Assembly (NCBI GenBank): GCA_051875555.1
Contig: JBJEGZ010000011.1
Span: 108,452 to 172,451, forward strand
From: Candidatus Limimorpha sp.
GTDB lineage: Bacteria > Bacteroidota > Bacteroidia > Bacteroidales > F082
Reading direction: 5' to 3'
Length of the DNA stretch: 64,000 nt
The position numbers were made by a program, and so were the translations under genes. Below, piece by piece: positions 28,091 through 36,737 of the stretch; the first letter of the stretch is position 1, and each line of letters begins with the position of its first letter. The notes under the pieces are model-generated. The model was not told the origin of the DNA. It was given only the letters and a program-made list of their open reading frames with translations, and did no database searches.

Positions 28091-29378
28091 CATAGGAAAA
28101 ATATCATATTTTGTAATATTGCTGTTTGCGGTTGCATTTGGCGCATTCGCACAATCAGATATTGCTTCTCCCTACTCTCGATTCGGTCTTGGAACGGTTT
28201 ATCAGAACAAATCTAACACTGCTTTACAGGGTATGGGCGGTGTCTCTAACGCTATGAGCGGCAAGAACCTTATCAACCAGTCAAATCCAGCGTCGTATGC
28301 CTTTATCGACTCACTTACATTCCTCGCTGATGCTGGATTCTTTATTAAATCAACAGCTTATAACACCTCAACTTATACGGAAAGAGGCTCTAACGCTTCT
28401 TTGGACTATGCGAATGTTGCCTTCGGCATCACAAACTGGTGGAAAACCGGCCTTGGACTTACGCCGGCAAGTAATAGGGAATACTCCTCGCTTGTAGATT
28501 ACTCGCTCGCTGTCGCGGACGGCACCATACCTTATAATATATTATATGAGGGGTCGGGTGGACTTAACAAGGCGACTTGGTCGAATGGTTTCCGTATTTT
28601 CAATAATCTTTCAATCGGTGTCGCGGCGAACTTCTTGTTTGGAACTATAAACGATATTACAACGGTCTATTTCCCGGATAATGCCTACCTGCTTAACGGG
28701 CGGCGCTCTATCAAACTTGAAGTTAATGATTTTAGCTTCGACTTCGGCTTGTTGTATAAAATGAATATTGTTAGAGACTATTCGTTGTCGCTCGGTCTAA
28801 CTTATTCCTTGAAGTCGGAATTGAACGCAGTAAAATCGGCTTATACGAGGAATATGTTTAAAGGCTACGGCACTAATGTGGAGAGTCCGATAGATACTAT
28901 TTACTATGTGTATGATAAATCATCAAAAGTGGTTTATCCTCAAGGCATTAGCGCAGGAATCGTTCTTAAGAGAGGCGACAGATGGCTTGTCGGACTTGAT
29001 TTCAACTGGGATAATTGGGAGGGATTCCAGATAAACGGTGTTAACGATTCTTTGCAAAACTCATGGAATATAGCCATAGGCGGATGCTATACTCCAAAGT
29101 CGAATGTGACATCGGGATATTTGAAACGTATCACTTATCGCGCTGGATTCCATTATGATAGGACGTGTTTTAACTTTTACAACACCTCGATTGACAAATA
29201 CGCCTTCACATTCGGATTCGGACTCCCTATCCCTCGCTCATACACCTCGCTGAACATAGCTTTTGAGTTAGGACAGCTGGGTACAATAGAAAACAACCTT
29301 GTAAAAGAATCATTTATCAATATCTCCATAGGAGTCTCTATATATGATAGGTGGTTTGTAAAAAGAAGATATAAATAA
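28077..29378 (+). CDS. outer-membrane beta-barrel protein of unknown function (conserved coaX-lptC neighbourhood)
   Basis: Signal peptide, SPYSRFGLGT motif and strand periodicity over 433 aa. It overlaps the coaX end by 14 nt. Confidence 0.6.
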   Translation: MKFNNIGKISYFVILLFAVAFGAFAQSDIASPYSRFGLGTVYQNKSNTALQGMGGVSNAMSGKNLINQSNPASYAFIDSLTFLADAGFFIKSTAYNTSTYTERGSNASLDYANVAFGITNWWKTGLGLTPASNREYSSLVDYSLAVADGTIPYNILYEGSGGLNKATWSNGFRIFNNLSIGVAANFLFGTINDITTVYFPDNAYLLNGRRSIKLEVNDFSFDFGLLYKMNIVRDYSLSLGLTYSLKSELNAVKSAYTRNMFKGYGTNVESPIDTIYYVYDKSSKVVYPQGISAGIVLKRGDRWLVGLDFNWDNWEGFQINGVNDSLQNSWNIAIGGCYTPKSNVTSGYLKRITYRAGFHYDRTCFNFYNTSIDKYAFTFGFGLPIPRSYTSLNIAFELGQLGTIENNLVKESFINISIGVSIYDRWFVKRRYK

Positions 29379-29395
29379 CATAAAATTATAATGGT

Positions 29396-30736
29396 ATGAA
29401 TTTTAAAAAAGTATTATTTCTTGGAGCGGCATTATGTTTGTCAACACTGACTTTCGCACAGGAGCAAGCCGCTGATTGTGAAACTGATTTTTCAATCTAC
29501 AGAGAAGCGTTCAAACAATGGGACGGTAAGGCCGCCTCTGCAAGCCCTATCATGATAAAATCATGGAGAAATGTGTTTTTGAATTGTCCGGGCATGAAGG
29601 AAAGAACCCATATCGATGGTACGAAGATTGTCAATAACGCATTGATAAGGGGCACAAAGGACGCTGCATTGAAAGAGAAATATATCGATACTCTCATCAT
29701 GGTTTACAACACACGTATCCAATATTTCCCAAATGGTCAGAAAGGCGCGAACCAGATCGGTAATATCAAAGGCCGTATGGGCCTTGACCTTATGGGTTAT
29801 CCTTCACGCATGGAACAGGCTTATGAGGCTTTGAAAGACGCTATCAATATCGATGGCGAGAATAGCAACTACGCTTTCATTGACGGTTACTTCTCATCTG
29901 TAATTCAAATGGTGAAGGCCGGCAAACTTGATGAGTCAGAAGTTATTGAGGAATATAGCAGACTTATGGATATCGTTGAGGCTAATATCAAGAAATACAC
30001 TGATTTAGGTGATGAGAAACAAATCAACAACTATATTGCTACTAAGACAAACCTTGAGGGTGGCGTTCAACCTTACGCCAACTGCGAGGACCTCGCCCGC
30101 ATATATCAGAAGAAGTTTGACGCAGACCCTGATAACGTGGAACTCTTAAATAAAATCGCATCGGTGCTCTCGGCAAGAAACTGCGACAAATCGGACCTCT
30201 ATCTTGCAGTGGCTATCAAACTGCACAAACTCAACCCATCACCTGAGTCAGCATACTTTATCGGTAAGAGGTATTTGGCAGACCAGGAATATTCAAAGGC
30301 TACAAGCTATCTTCTCGAAGCTACAAAGTCACAAGATACCAAATCAGCACAGCAGGCTTATAAGTATCTCGCTCAGATTATGCTGAAAGAAGGAAAGGGA
30401 GAACTTGGCCGTAACTATGCGAGAAAGGCTATCGAACTCGACAAGACTGACGGCGAACCTTATATGATAATAGGTTATCTATATGCCTCAAGCAATAAGG
30501 AATGCAATGCTAACCCACTTCACTCAAAGGCGGTGTTCTGGGCAGCGGTTGACAAATTCCAAAAGGCAAAAGAAGTTGACCCCTCAATAGCATCAAAGGC
30601 TAACGAGATGATCAGAGAATATTCCAAGCTGTTCCCGACAGGTGAGGACGCTTTCTTCTACAATGTGTTTGAAGGCGATACATACGAGGTCGGCTGCTGG
30701 ATCAATGAAACAACAAAAGCTAGGTTCTCTAACTGA
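29396..30736 (+). CDS. tetratricopeptide-repeat protein, secreted
   Basis: Signal peptide and TPR-like helical repeats (AYFIGKRYLADQEYSKATSYLLEA..., AQQAYKYLAQIMLKEG). Confidence 0.7.
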   Translation: MNFKKVLFLGAALCLSTLTFAQEQAADCETDFSIYREAFKQWDGKAASASPIMIKSWRNVFLNCPGMKERTHIDGTKIVNNALIRGTKDAALKEKYIDTLIMVYNTRIQYFPNGQKGANQIGNIKGRMGLDLMGYPSRMEQAYEALKDAINIDGENSNYAFIDGYFSSVIQMVKAGKLDESEVIEEYSRLMDIVEANIKKYTDLGDEKQINNYIATKTNLEGGVQPYANCEDLARIYQKKFDADPDNVELLNKIASVLSARNCDKSDLYLAVAIKLHKLNPSPESAYFIGKRYLADQEYSKATSYLLEATKSQDTKSAQQAYKYLAQIMLKEGKGELGRNYARKAIELDKTDGEPYMIIGYLYASSNKECNANPLHSKAVFWAAVDKFQKAKEVDPSIASKANEMIREYSKLFPTGEDAFFYNVFEGDTYEVGCWINETTKARFSN

Positions 30737-30765
30737 TAACATTGAAGAGTTTTTTATACATAATT

Positions 30766-31308
30766 ATGAAAATCAACATCATAGCACATGTTGTTATGGT
30801 GTTGTTTTCTTGTGGGAATTCTATTGACAATGTCAAAAGGTTTGTCGATTACGATACAATCTCTGGCATGATGGCTTATGATGTGGTGATAGAACGCAGT
30901 GACTCGGGTATTTTGGTGGCTAAACTTACCGCACCAGTCATGAGGAGTGTGGAGACTGAGGACAGCTCATTCCTTGAGTTCCCCAAAGGGTTTTTCGCCA
31001 CCGTTTATGAAGGAGATACATCAGCTTACGCAAAGATAAAAGGCAATTACGGCATGATGTACAACCAAGACGAACTTGTGATGGCACGTGATAATGTGGT
31101 GGTTGAGAACATCACTACAAAAGAAACCCTCGAGACAGAGACGTTGTTCTGGAATCAAAAGACTAAAAAGATTTATACGAGGAACTTTGTGAAAATCTAT
31201 AGCCCGGACAAAGTGGTATATGGAGACAGCCTCGAAGCAGACGAAACCTTCTCCAAACGCGTGATCCATGGAATAAAAGCAACCCTCGAAATAGAGGATC
31301 CTGAATAG
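30766..31308 (+). CDS. lptC: LPS export periplasmic protein LptC-like
   Basis: N-terminal anchor and OstA/LptC-like beta-jellyroll pattern. It sits in the conserved position before the CNNM/GldE-like gene and the PpiD-like gene. The ORF-track TTG start at 30742 was replaced by the ATG at 30766. Confidence 0.6.
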   Translation: MKINIIAHVVMVLFSCGNSIDNVKRFVDYDTISGMMAYDVVIERSDSGILVAKLTAPVMRSVETEDSSFLEFPKGFFATVYEGDTSAYAKIKGNYGMMYNQDELVMARDNVVVENITTKETLETETLFWNQKTKKIYTRNFVKIYSPDKVVYGDSLEADETFSKRVIHGIKATLEIEDPE

Positions 31309-31325
31309 ATAATATTGATAATCAA

Positions 31326-32591
31326 ATGGATGATTGGTTAATTGTAATACTATCACTCTTGGTGTCAGCACTTTTCTCAAGTGTTGAAATAGCATTTTTA
31401 TCTTCAAACAGGCTGAAATTGGAACTTGATCTGAAGAAAAATAGCTTTATCGCGAAACTGATAAATAATTTCGTGAAACACCAGTCGATGTTCATAGGCT
31501 GTATCCTTCTTGGAAATAATATCGCCAATGTGATTTATGGAATCTCTATAGCGAAAATACTCGAACCGGTTATAGTGAGTGTCATTCCACAGGCCATCTC
31601 AAATGAGTTCTCCATTCTTTTCTGCCAAACAATTATCTCCACACTCTTGATTTTGTTTGTTGGCGAGTTTATTCCGAAAACTCTTTCAAGAATAAATCCA
31701 GACGGGCTGATGCATGTGGTCGCATTGCCGATGATGATCATATATATTATCCTTTTCCCATTGATTTTCATATATATAGGAATATCAGAGCTGATTATTA
31801 AATATATTTTCAGAATGGATATACGCCCTGAAGACTATAAACTCAGCATTGTTGACCTGAATGACTATTTGAAGGAGTACGCCGACCCTGACGAGGAGAA
31901 CGAAGATATTCAGCAGGGTATAGAGTTGGTGCAAAATGCAATTGATTTCCAATATGTTAAACTTCGCGAGTGTATGCAGCCGCGAAATGAGATCAAAGCT
32001 GTGGGAATAAACGACACTATTGAGGAGGTGAAGGATGTTTTTGAGGAGACGAAACATTCTAAACTCATCGTTTATGAGGATAATATCGATAATATCATTG
32101 GCTATATCCATATCAATGACCTGCTCCATAATAATAAGGCAATCAAAGAGAGGGTCAGGCAGATTGAATTTTATCCTGAGACTTATGGGGCGAAAGACTT
32201 GCTGCAACACCTTTCAAAGACGCGTCAAAGTATTGCGGTCGTTGTTGATGAGTTTGGAGGAACAGCCGGAATTATCACAATAGAGGACCTTATTGAGGAG
32301 ATTTTTGGTGAGATAGAGGACGAATACGATGAAGAGGAGACGGTGGAAAAAACTATCAAGGAGAATGATAGGATTTTCTCGGCCCGGCTCGAAATCGATT
32401 ACCTTAACAAGGCATACAAATACGATTTCCCGGAATCAGACGATTACGAGACCCTTGCCGGTTATATCATACATTATCACGAAAGTATTCCGCAAGCAGG
32501 GGAGGAAATCTCTATTGGAAAATACCTGTTTAAAATAATAAAAGCGTCAGATACAAAACTCGAGGAAGTGGAAATAAAGGACAATCAATGA
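31326..32591 (+). CDS. CNNM/hemolysin-family membrane protein (DUF21-CBS pair-CorC_HlyC; GldE-like)
   Basis: Four N-terminal TM helices, a CBS region and a CorC/HlyC transporter-associated C-domain (ETLAGYIIHYHESIPQAGEEI). Confidence 0.85.
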   Translation: MDDWLIVILSLLVSALFSSVEIAFLSSNRLKLELDLKKNSFIAKLINNFVKHQSMFIGCILLGNNIANVIYGISIAKILEPVIVSVIPQAISNEFSILFCQTIISTLLILFVGEFIPKTLSRINPDGLMHVVALPMMIIYIILFPLIFIYIGISELIIKYIFRMDIRPEDYKLSIVDLNDYLKEYADPDEENEDIQQGIELVQNAIDFQYVKLRECMQPRNEIKAVGINDTIEEVKDVFEETKHSKLIVYEDNIDNIIGYIHINDLLHNNKAIKERVRQIEFYPETYGAKDLLQHLSKTRQSIAVVVDEFGGTAGIITIEDLIEEIFGEIEDEYDEEETVEKTIKENDRIFSARLEIDYLNKAYKYDFPESDDYETLAGYIIHYHESIPQAGEEISIGKYLFKIIKASDTKLEEVEIKDNQ

Positions 32592-32636
32592 GTTATAATT
32601 TTTTGCTAAAAATGTTGAATATATCCACGGATTTTG

Positions 32637-32644
32637 TAAATTTG
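32637..32644 (+). promoter_or_regulatory. -7 promoter box TAAATTTG for the PpiD-like gene
   Basis: TAnnTTTG match 54 nt upstream of the ATG at 32698. Confidence 0.5.
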
Positions 32645-32697
32645 CACGTTTAAAATAAATCTAAGAATAATAAAATAAGAAAAGAAAATATTAAACT

Positions 32698-34791
32698 ATG
32701 GCAGCAATTGGACAAATCAGAAAACACTATGGTATTTTAGTGATTATCATTGGCTTGGCACTTTTGGCTTTTGTGTTGGGTGACCTTTTTAAAAGTACAA
32801 ACAGAAGACAGCAGAATGATGTGGCAGTAGTAAATGGAGAAAAGATTACCTACCAGGATTTTGCAAATTTGGCGGAGCAGAACATTGAAAATCAAAAGAG
32901 AAACACTGGTTCTATCTCAAATGATGACGCTTTCAACGTTCGTAACCAAACCCTCGAACAGATGATTAGAGAGATTATCATGAATGAGGAGTTTGAAGCC
33001 CTCGGTCTTACCGTGACATCTGCCGAACTTGTTGACCAATTCCTTGGTGATGAGCCAAATCAGTATGTTGCTCAGAGCTTCCAAGATGCAAATGGTAACT
33101 TCGATAGAGAGGCAGTGAGACAATTTATTAATAATTTCGATCAGTATAGCCCTGAAATGCAGGCCTCTTGGATTAATTTTGAGAACGCTATTAAGGAAGA
33201 TAGATTGAACACAAAATATGAGAGCCTCTTGAAACATGGTTTCTATATGCCTAAAAAACTCGCTGACCGTTACAACGAGAATAAAAATGCTAAGAAATCA
33301 GCAGAGGTTTATGCTGTGCGCTATAATTCTATACCTGACTCAACAGTGGTGGTTACCGAACAGGATAACAGAAAATACTATGAGCAGTATAAGAATAAAT
33401 ATCAGTCAGATGAGATCCGTGGCATTGACTACGTGATATTCGATGTGAAACCTTCAAAAGCAGACTATGAAGCTGCAAAAAATTATGTGGAGTCTGTAAA
33501 AGATGGTCTGGCCCAGACATCAAACGTAGCGAACTTCGTGGCTTATAATTCTGATATGCCTTACGACAGCTCTTGGAAACTTACAAATGAACTCCCCGTA
33601 GAACTTGAGAATGTTGTAGCAAATAATGAAGTTGGTTTCGTCTATGGTCCTTATGAGAGCGACGGAGCATATAATGTCGCAAGAATCATGGATAAGGCTA
33701 ACCGCTCTGACTCTTTGATGGCAACGCATGTCCTTATCGCTTATAAAGGAGCCCTCCGCTCTTCCGCAACACGCACAAAAGAACAGGCTAACGCTCTCGC
33801 CGACAGCCTCTACAATACAATTAAAAAGTCAGGCAAGATAGAAGGTATTGTCAGCTTCTCTGACGACCCAAGCGCAAAGAGTAATAACGGTGACCTCGGC
33901 TGGTTCAAAGATGGTGCAATGGTCCCAACATTCAATGAGTTCGTTCAGAATAATAAAGTCGGCACTGTTGGCGTTGTAGAGTCTCCTTTCGGTTACCATA
34001 TCGTAAAAGTCACAAACCGTAATGCTGCAAAACCTATGGCTCGTGTCGCTGTTATCGCTCATGAAATTACCGCAAGTTCAGAGACAGACCAGATGGTTTT
34101 CGCTGAGGTTAACAAATTCGTTACTGAGAATAAGACAGCTGAACAATTTAACGCTGCGATTGAGGCTCAAGGTCTTAACAAACGTACATTCCCTTCAATG
34201 AAAAAATATACAAACCGTATCACAGGTATCAACAACCCTCGCGAGATTGTTAGATGGGCATTCAGAGACGGTGTTAAGGTAGGCGATATGTCAAATGTAT
34301 TCGAACTTGAAAACATGTATGTTGTAGCAGTCCTTACAAAGATTTCTCCAGAGGGCGTTATCGGTTATGACGATATGATCGAGCGTTATGCTTACCAAAT
34401 TAAGAAAGTGAAGAAAGGTGAGATCCTTGCCCAGAAAGCTCAGGCCTATGGCTCTGATTATCAGAAAATGATAGATGAACTTAATGGTGAGAAGACAACT
34501 GTTGATAACATCTCTTTTGATGGTCGCAGCTTCGGTAACTTCGGCGTTGAAGATAAGGTTATCGGTACAACTTTAGGAATGAAGGAAGGTGTGTATTCTG
34601 CACCTATAGAAGGCGGTAATGCCCTCGTAATTGTCAAAGTTACAAAGAGCGCACCTGCCGGCGCAACAGATTATGCAAGCATCTTGCGTGAGAAGAAGTC
34701 TAATTTCAACAACCAGATCCTCAACGGCTCTGCCTACTCTGCACTCCGCGACAATGCAAAGGTTGAGAACAACGGAATACTCTTCTTCTAA
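32698..34791 (+). CDS. periplasmic chaperone / peptidyl-prolyl isomerase, PpiD-like
   Basis: N-terminal anchor, SurA-N-like domain and parvulin domain (ATHVLIAY...GDLGWF..GAMVPTFNEF...SPFGYHIVKV). Confidence 0.85.
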   Translation: MAAIGQIRKHYGILVIIIGLALLAFVLGDLFKSTNRRQQNDVAVVNGEKITYQDFANLAEQNIENQKRNTGSISNDDAFNVRNQTLEQMIREIIMNEEFEALGLTVTSAELVDQFLGDEPNQYVAQSFQDANGNFDREAVRQFINNFDQYSPEMQASWINFENAIKEDRLNTKYESLLKHGFYMPKKLADRYNENKNAKKSAEVYAVRYNSIPDSTVVVTEQDNRKYYEQYKNKYQSDEIRGIDYVIFDVKPSKADYEAAKNYVESVKDGLAQTSNVANFVAYNSDMPYDSSWKLTNELPVELENVVANNEVGFVYGPYESDGAYNVARIMDKANRSDSLMATHVLIAYKGALRSSATRTKEQANALADSLYNTIKKSGKIEGIVSFSDDPSAKSNNGDLGWFKDGAMVPTFNEFVQNNKVGTVGVVESPFGYHIVKVTNRNAAKPMARVAVIAHEITASSETDQMVFAEVNKFVTENKTAEQFNAAIEAQGLNKRTFPSMKKYTNRITGINNPREIVRWAFRDGVKVGDMSNVFELENMYVVAVLTKISPEGVIGYDDMIERYAYQIKKVKKGEILAQKAQAYGSDYQKMIDELNGEKTTVDNISFDGRSFGNFGVEDKVIGTTLGMKEGVYSAPIEGGNALVIVKVTKSAPAGATDYASILREKKSNFNNQILNGSAYSALRDNAKVENNGILFF

Positions 34792-34842
34792 TAAAATTAT
34801 TCGTAACTGAATAAAGGTTTTAAGTGTTTTTTTTGTATGAAA

Positions 34843-34875
34843 ATTAGTCCGGTTCCTACTGGGCTAATTTTTTTT
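34843..34875 (+). terminator. rho-independent terminator after the PpiD-like gene
   Basis: 8-bp stem attagtcc/gggctaat with one G-U pair, followed by T8. Confidence 0.7.
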
Positions 34876-34940
34876 GCATTCAGGTGTTTCTTATTTCCTT
34901 AATGTTTTTCAAACCATCTTAAACTATTGAAAAAAACTCC

Positions 34941-34988
34941 ATGCAAAATAAAGTGACGCCCAAAAGTTATCCAACTTTTTGGCGTCAC
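34941..34988 (-). terminator. long hairpin terminator downstream of the aminotransferase gene
   Basis: About 15-bp stem gtgacgcccaaaagtt/aactttttggcgtcac with one irregularity. On the minus strand it is followed by TTTATTTTG. Confidence 0.6.
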
Positions 34989-35108
34989 TTCAGTTAAAGA
35001 GGTTTTATTTCCCTTTGTAGGCTAAATTTATATTTTGTTGGACAGATGTATGATTCCGTCGCTATTGAAACTGCCGTTTAATAATAAGGAAAGCCCCTCG
35101 TTTTAAAA

Positions 35109-36233
35109 CTAACACAGCTCTAATAACGATTCTGTGACATACTTCAGTTGCTCGTCGGTGAACTCCGTGTGTATAGGGAGAGCGAGGACGTGGTCGCAGA
35201 GATATTCACAAACAGGGAAATCGCCTTGTTTGTAACGTTCGTCTTTATAAGCCTTCTGCATGTGTAATGGCACAGGATAGTAAATAGCACTCGCAATACC
35301 TTTTGTTTGAAGGTGCGACATGGCTTTTTCACGCTCGATGCCATTCAAAACAACCACATATTGATGGAAAACATGGTCGGTGAAAGGTGCGGTTTTTGGC
35401 GTGATTATCTTGTCAGTTTGTGCGAAAGCAGTCTCATAATATGCAGCAACATGCTGGCGTGCCGCGATATATTCATCGAGATGTTTTAGTTTTATATCAA
35501 GGACTGCCGCCTGAATAGCGTCAAGTCGTGAGTTCACGCCTATATAATCGTGATAATAACGTACTTTCATTCCGTGGTTTACTACTATCCGAATCATTTC
35601 GGCGAGATTGTCATCGTTAGTGAATATTGCGCCACCATCGCCGTAGCAGCCGAGGTTCTTTGAAGGGAAGAATGATGTGCAGCCTATTGTCCCTATCGTT
35701 CCTGATTTTTTCACTGTGCCGTCTTTAAACGTATAGTTAGCGCCAATTGCCTGTGCGTTATCCTCTATCACATAGAGATTGTGGCGTTGGGCAATTTCCA
35801 AGATAGCGTCCATGTTTGCGCATTGTCCGAACAGATGCACCGGGACTATTGCTTTAGTGCGCGGAGTGATTGCTTTTTCAACTGCCTCAGGGTCAATGCA
35901 GTATGTGTCTTGGTCAACATCAACCACTATTGGCTTTAGGCGAAGGAGCGCTACTACTTCTGCGGTAGCGATGAAAGTGAACGAAGTAGTAATGACTTCA
36001 TCGCCTGGCTCAAGACCAAGGCTCATCATTGCCACTTGAAGCGCATCTGTACCGTTCGCACATGTAATGACATGTTTGACACCGAGATACTGCTGTAAGT
36101 CTTCTTGAAATTTTTTAACAAATGGACCGCCAATAAATCCAGCTGTTGAGAGAATCTGCTGTATCGCTGCATCCACTTCTGGTTTGATTTTGTTATACTG
36201 ACCGACAAGGTCAACCATTGGAATCTGTTGCAT
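35109..36233 (-). CDS. DegT/DnrJ/EryC1/StrS family PLP-dependent sugar aminotransferase
   Basis: MQQIPMVDLVGQYNKIK..., FFPSKNLGCYGDGG (PLP lysine region). The 49-codon N-terminal extension in the ORF track was discarded. Confidence 0.9.
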   Translation of the reverse strand: MQQIPMVDLVGQYNKIKPEVDAAIQQILSTAGFIGGPFVKKFQEDLQQYLGVKHVITCANGTDALQVAMMSLGLEPGDEVITTSFTFIATAEVVALLRLKPIVVDVDQDTYCIDPEAVEKAITPRTKAIVPVHLFGQCANMDAILEIAQRHNLYVIEDNAQAIGANYTFKDGTVKKSGTIGTIGCTSFFPSKNLGCYGDGGAIFTNDDNLAEMIRIVVNHGMKVRYYHDYIGVNSRLDAIQAAVLDIKLKHLDEYIAARQHVAAYYETAFAQTDKIITPKTAPFTDHVFHQYVVVLNGIEREKAMSHLQTKGIASAIYYPVPLHMQKAYKDERYKQGDFPVCEYLCDHVLALPIHTEFTDEQLKYVTESLLELC

Positions 36234-36251
36234 AGTCTTAATAATATGCTG

Positions 36252-36259
36252 CAAAGATA
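36252..36259 (-). promoter_or_regulatory. -7 promoter box (TATCTTTG on the minus strand) for the aminotransferase gene
   Basis: Plus-strand caaagata, 19-26 nt upstream of the ATG at 36233. Confidence 0.6.
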
Positions 36260-36378
36260 ATAAGAATTTTTTTTGTTGATTAAATTTTTTTGTCGAAATG
36301 CTTGTGTATGTGAAAAAAAAGTTGTTATTTTGCACTCTGTTTTTGGAAGAGTAAAGTAATAATAAAAAAATAGAAGTC

Positions 36379-36621
36379 ATGTCAAGAATTTGTCAAATAA
36401 CAGGAAAGAAAGTTATTACAGGTAACAATGTTTCACACTCAAACAAAAAGACTAAGAGAACATTCAAGCCAAATTTGAAGATCAAGAGATTCTATGTTCC
36501 AGAGTGGGATGAATGGGTAGTGTTGAAAGTTTCAGCTGCAGGTCTCCGTACAATTGACAAAAAAGGTGTTTACAAAGCAATGTGCGATGCAGCAAAAGAT
36601 GGTAATCTTAACCGCTGGTAA
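36379..36621 (+). CDS. rpmB: 50S ribosomal protein L28
   Basis: MSRICQITGKKVITGNNVSHSNKKTKRTFKPNL... is the canonical L28 N-terminus. Confidence 0.95.
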   Translation: MSRICQITGKKVITGNNVSHSNKKTKRTFKPNLKIKRFYVPEWDEWVVLKVSAAGLRTIDKKGVYKAMCDAAKDGNLNRW

Positions 36622-36644
36622 GAATCATTATTATGATAAAAGTG

Positions 36645-36673
36645 GCCGTCCTGTATTAAGGCGGCTTTTTTTA
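36645..36673 (+). terminator. rho-independent terminator after rpmB
   Basis: 6-bp GC-rich stem gccgtc/ggcggc with one G-U pair, followed by T7. Confidence 0.6.
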
Positions 36674-36737
36674 TATTATAGAACGCTTTTCAGATACTAA
36701 TCAGATTAACGTTGCGTTATCTTCAATATTGTTTTAT

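Noticed and set aside
36234-36380. N-terminal ORF-track extensions. These are 36234-36380 (DegT), 8380-8478 (PepP), 6235-6297 (permease), 52948-53049 (L21), 47918-48028 (thioredoxin), 47493-47576 (Cys-rich protein), 30742-30765 (LptC), 4708-4731 and 12150-12158.
   Set aside because: The extensions are low-complexity or AT-rich. They start at TTG codons or run through promoter boxes or upstream genes. Family-typical N-termini begin at the downstream ATG.
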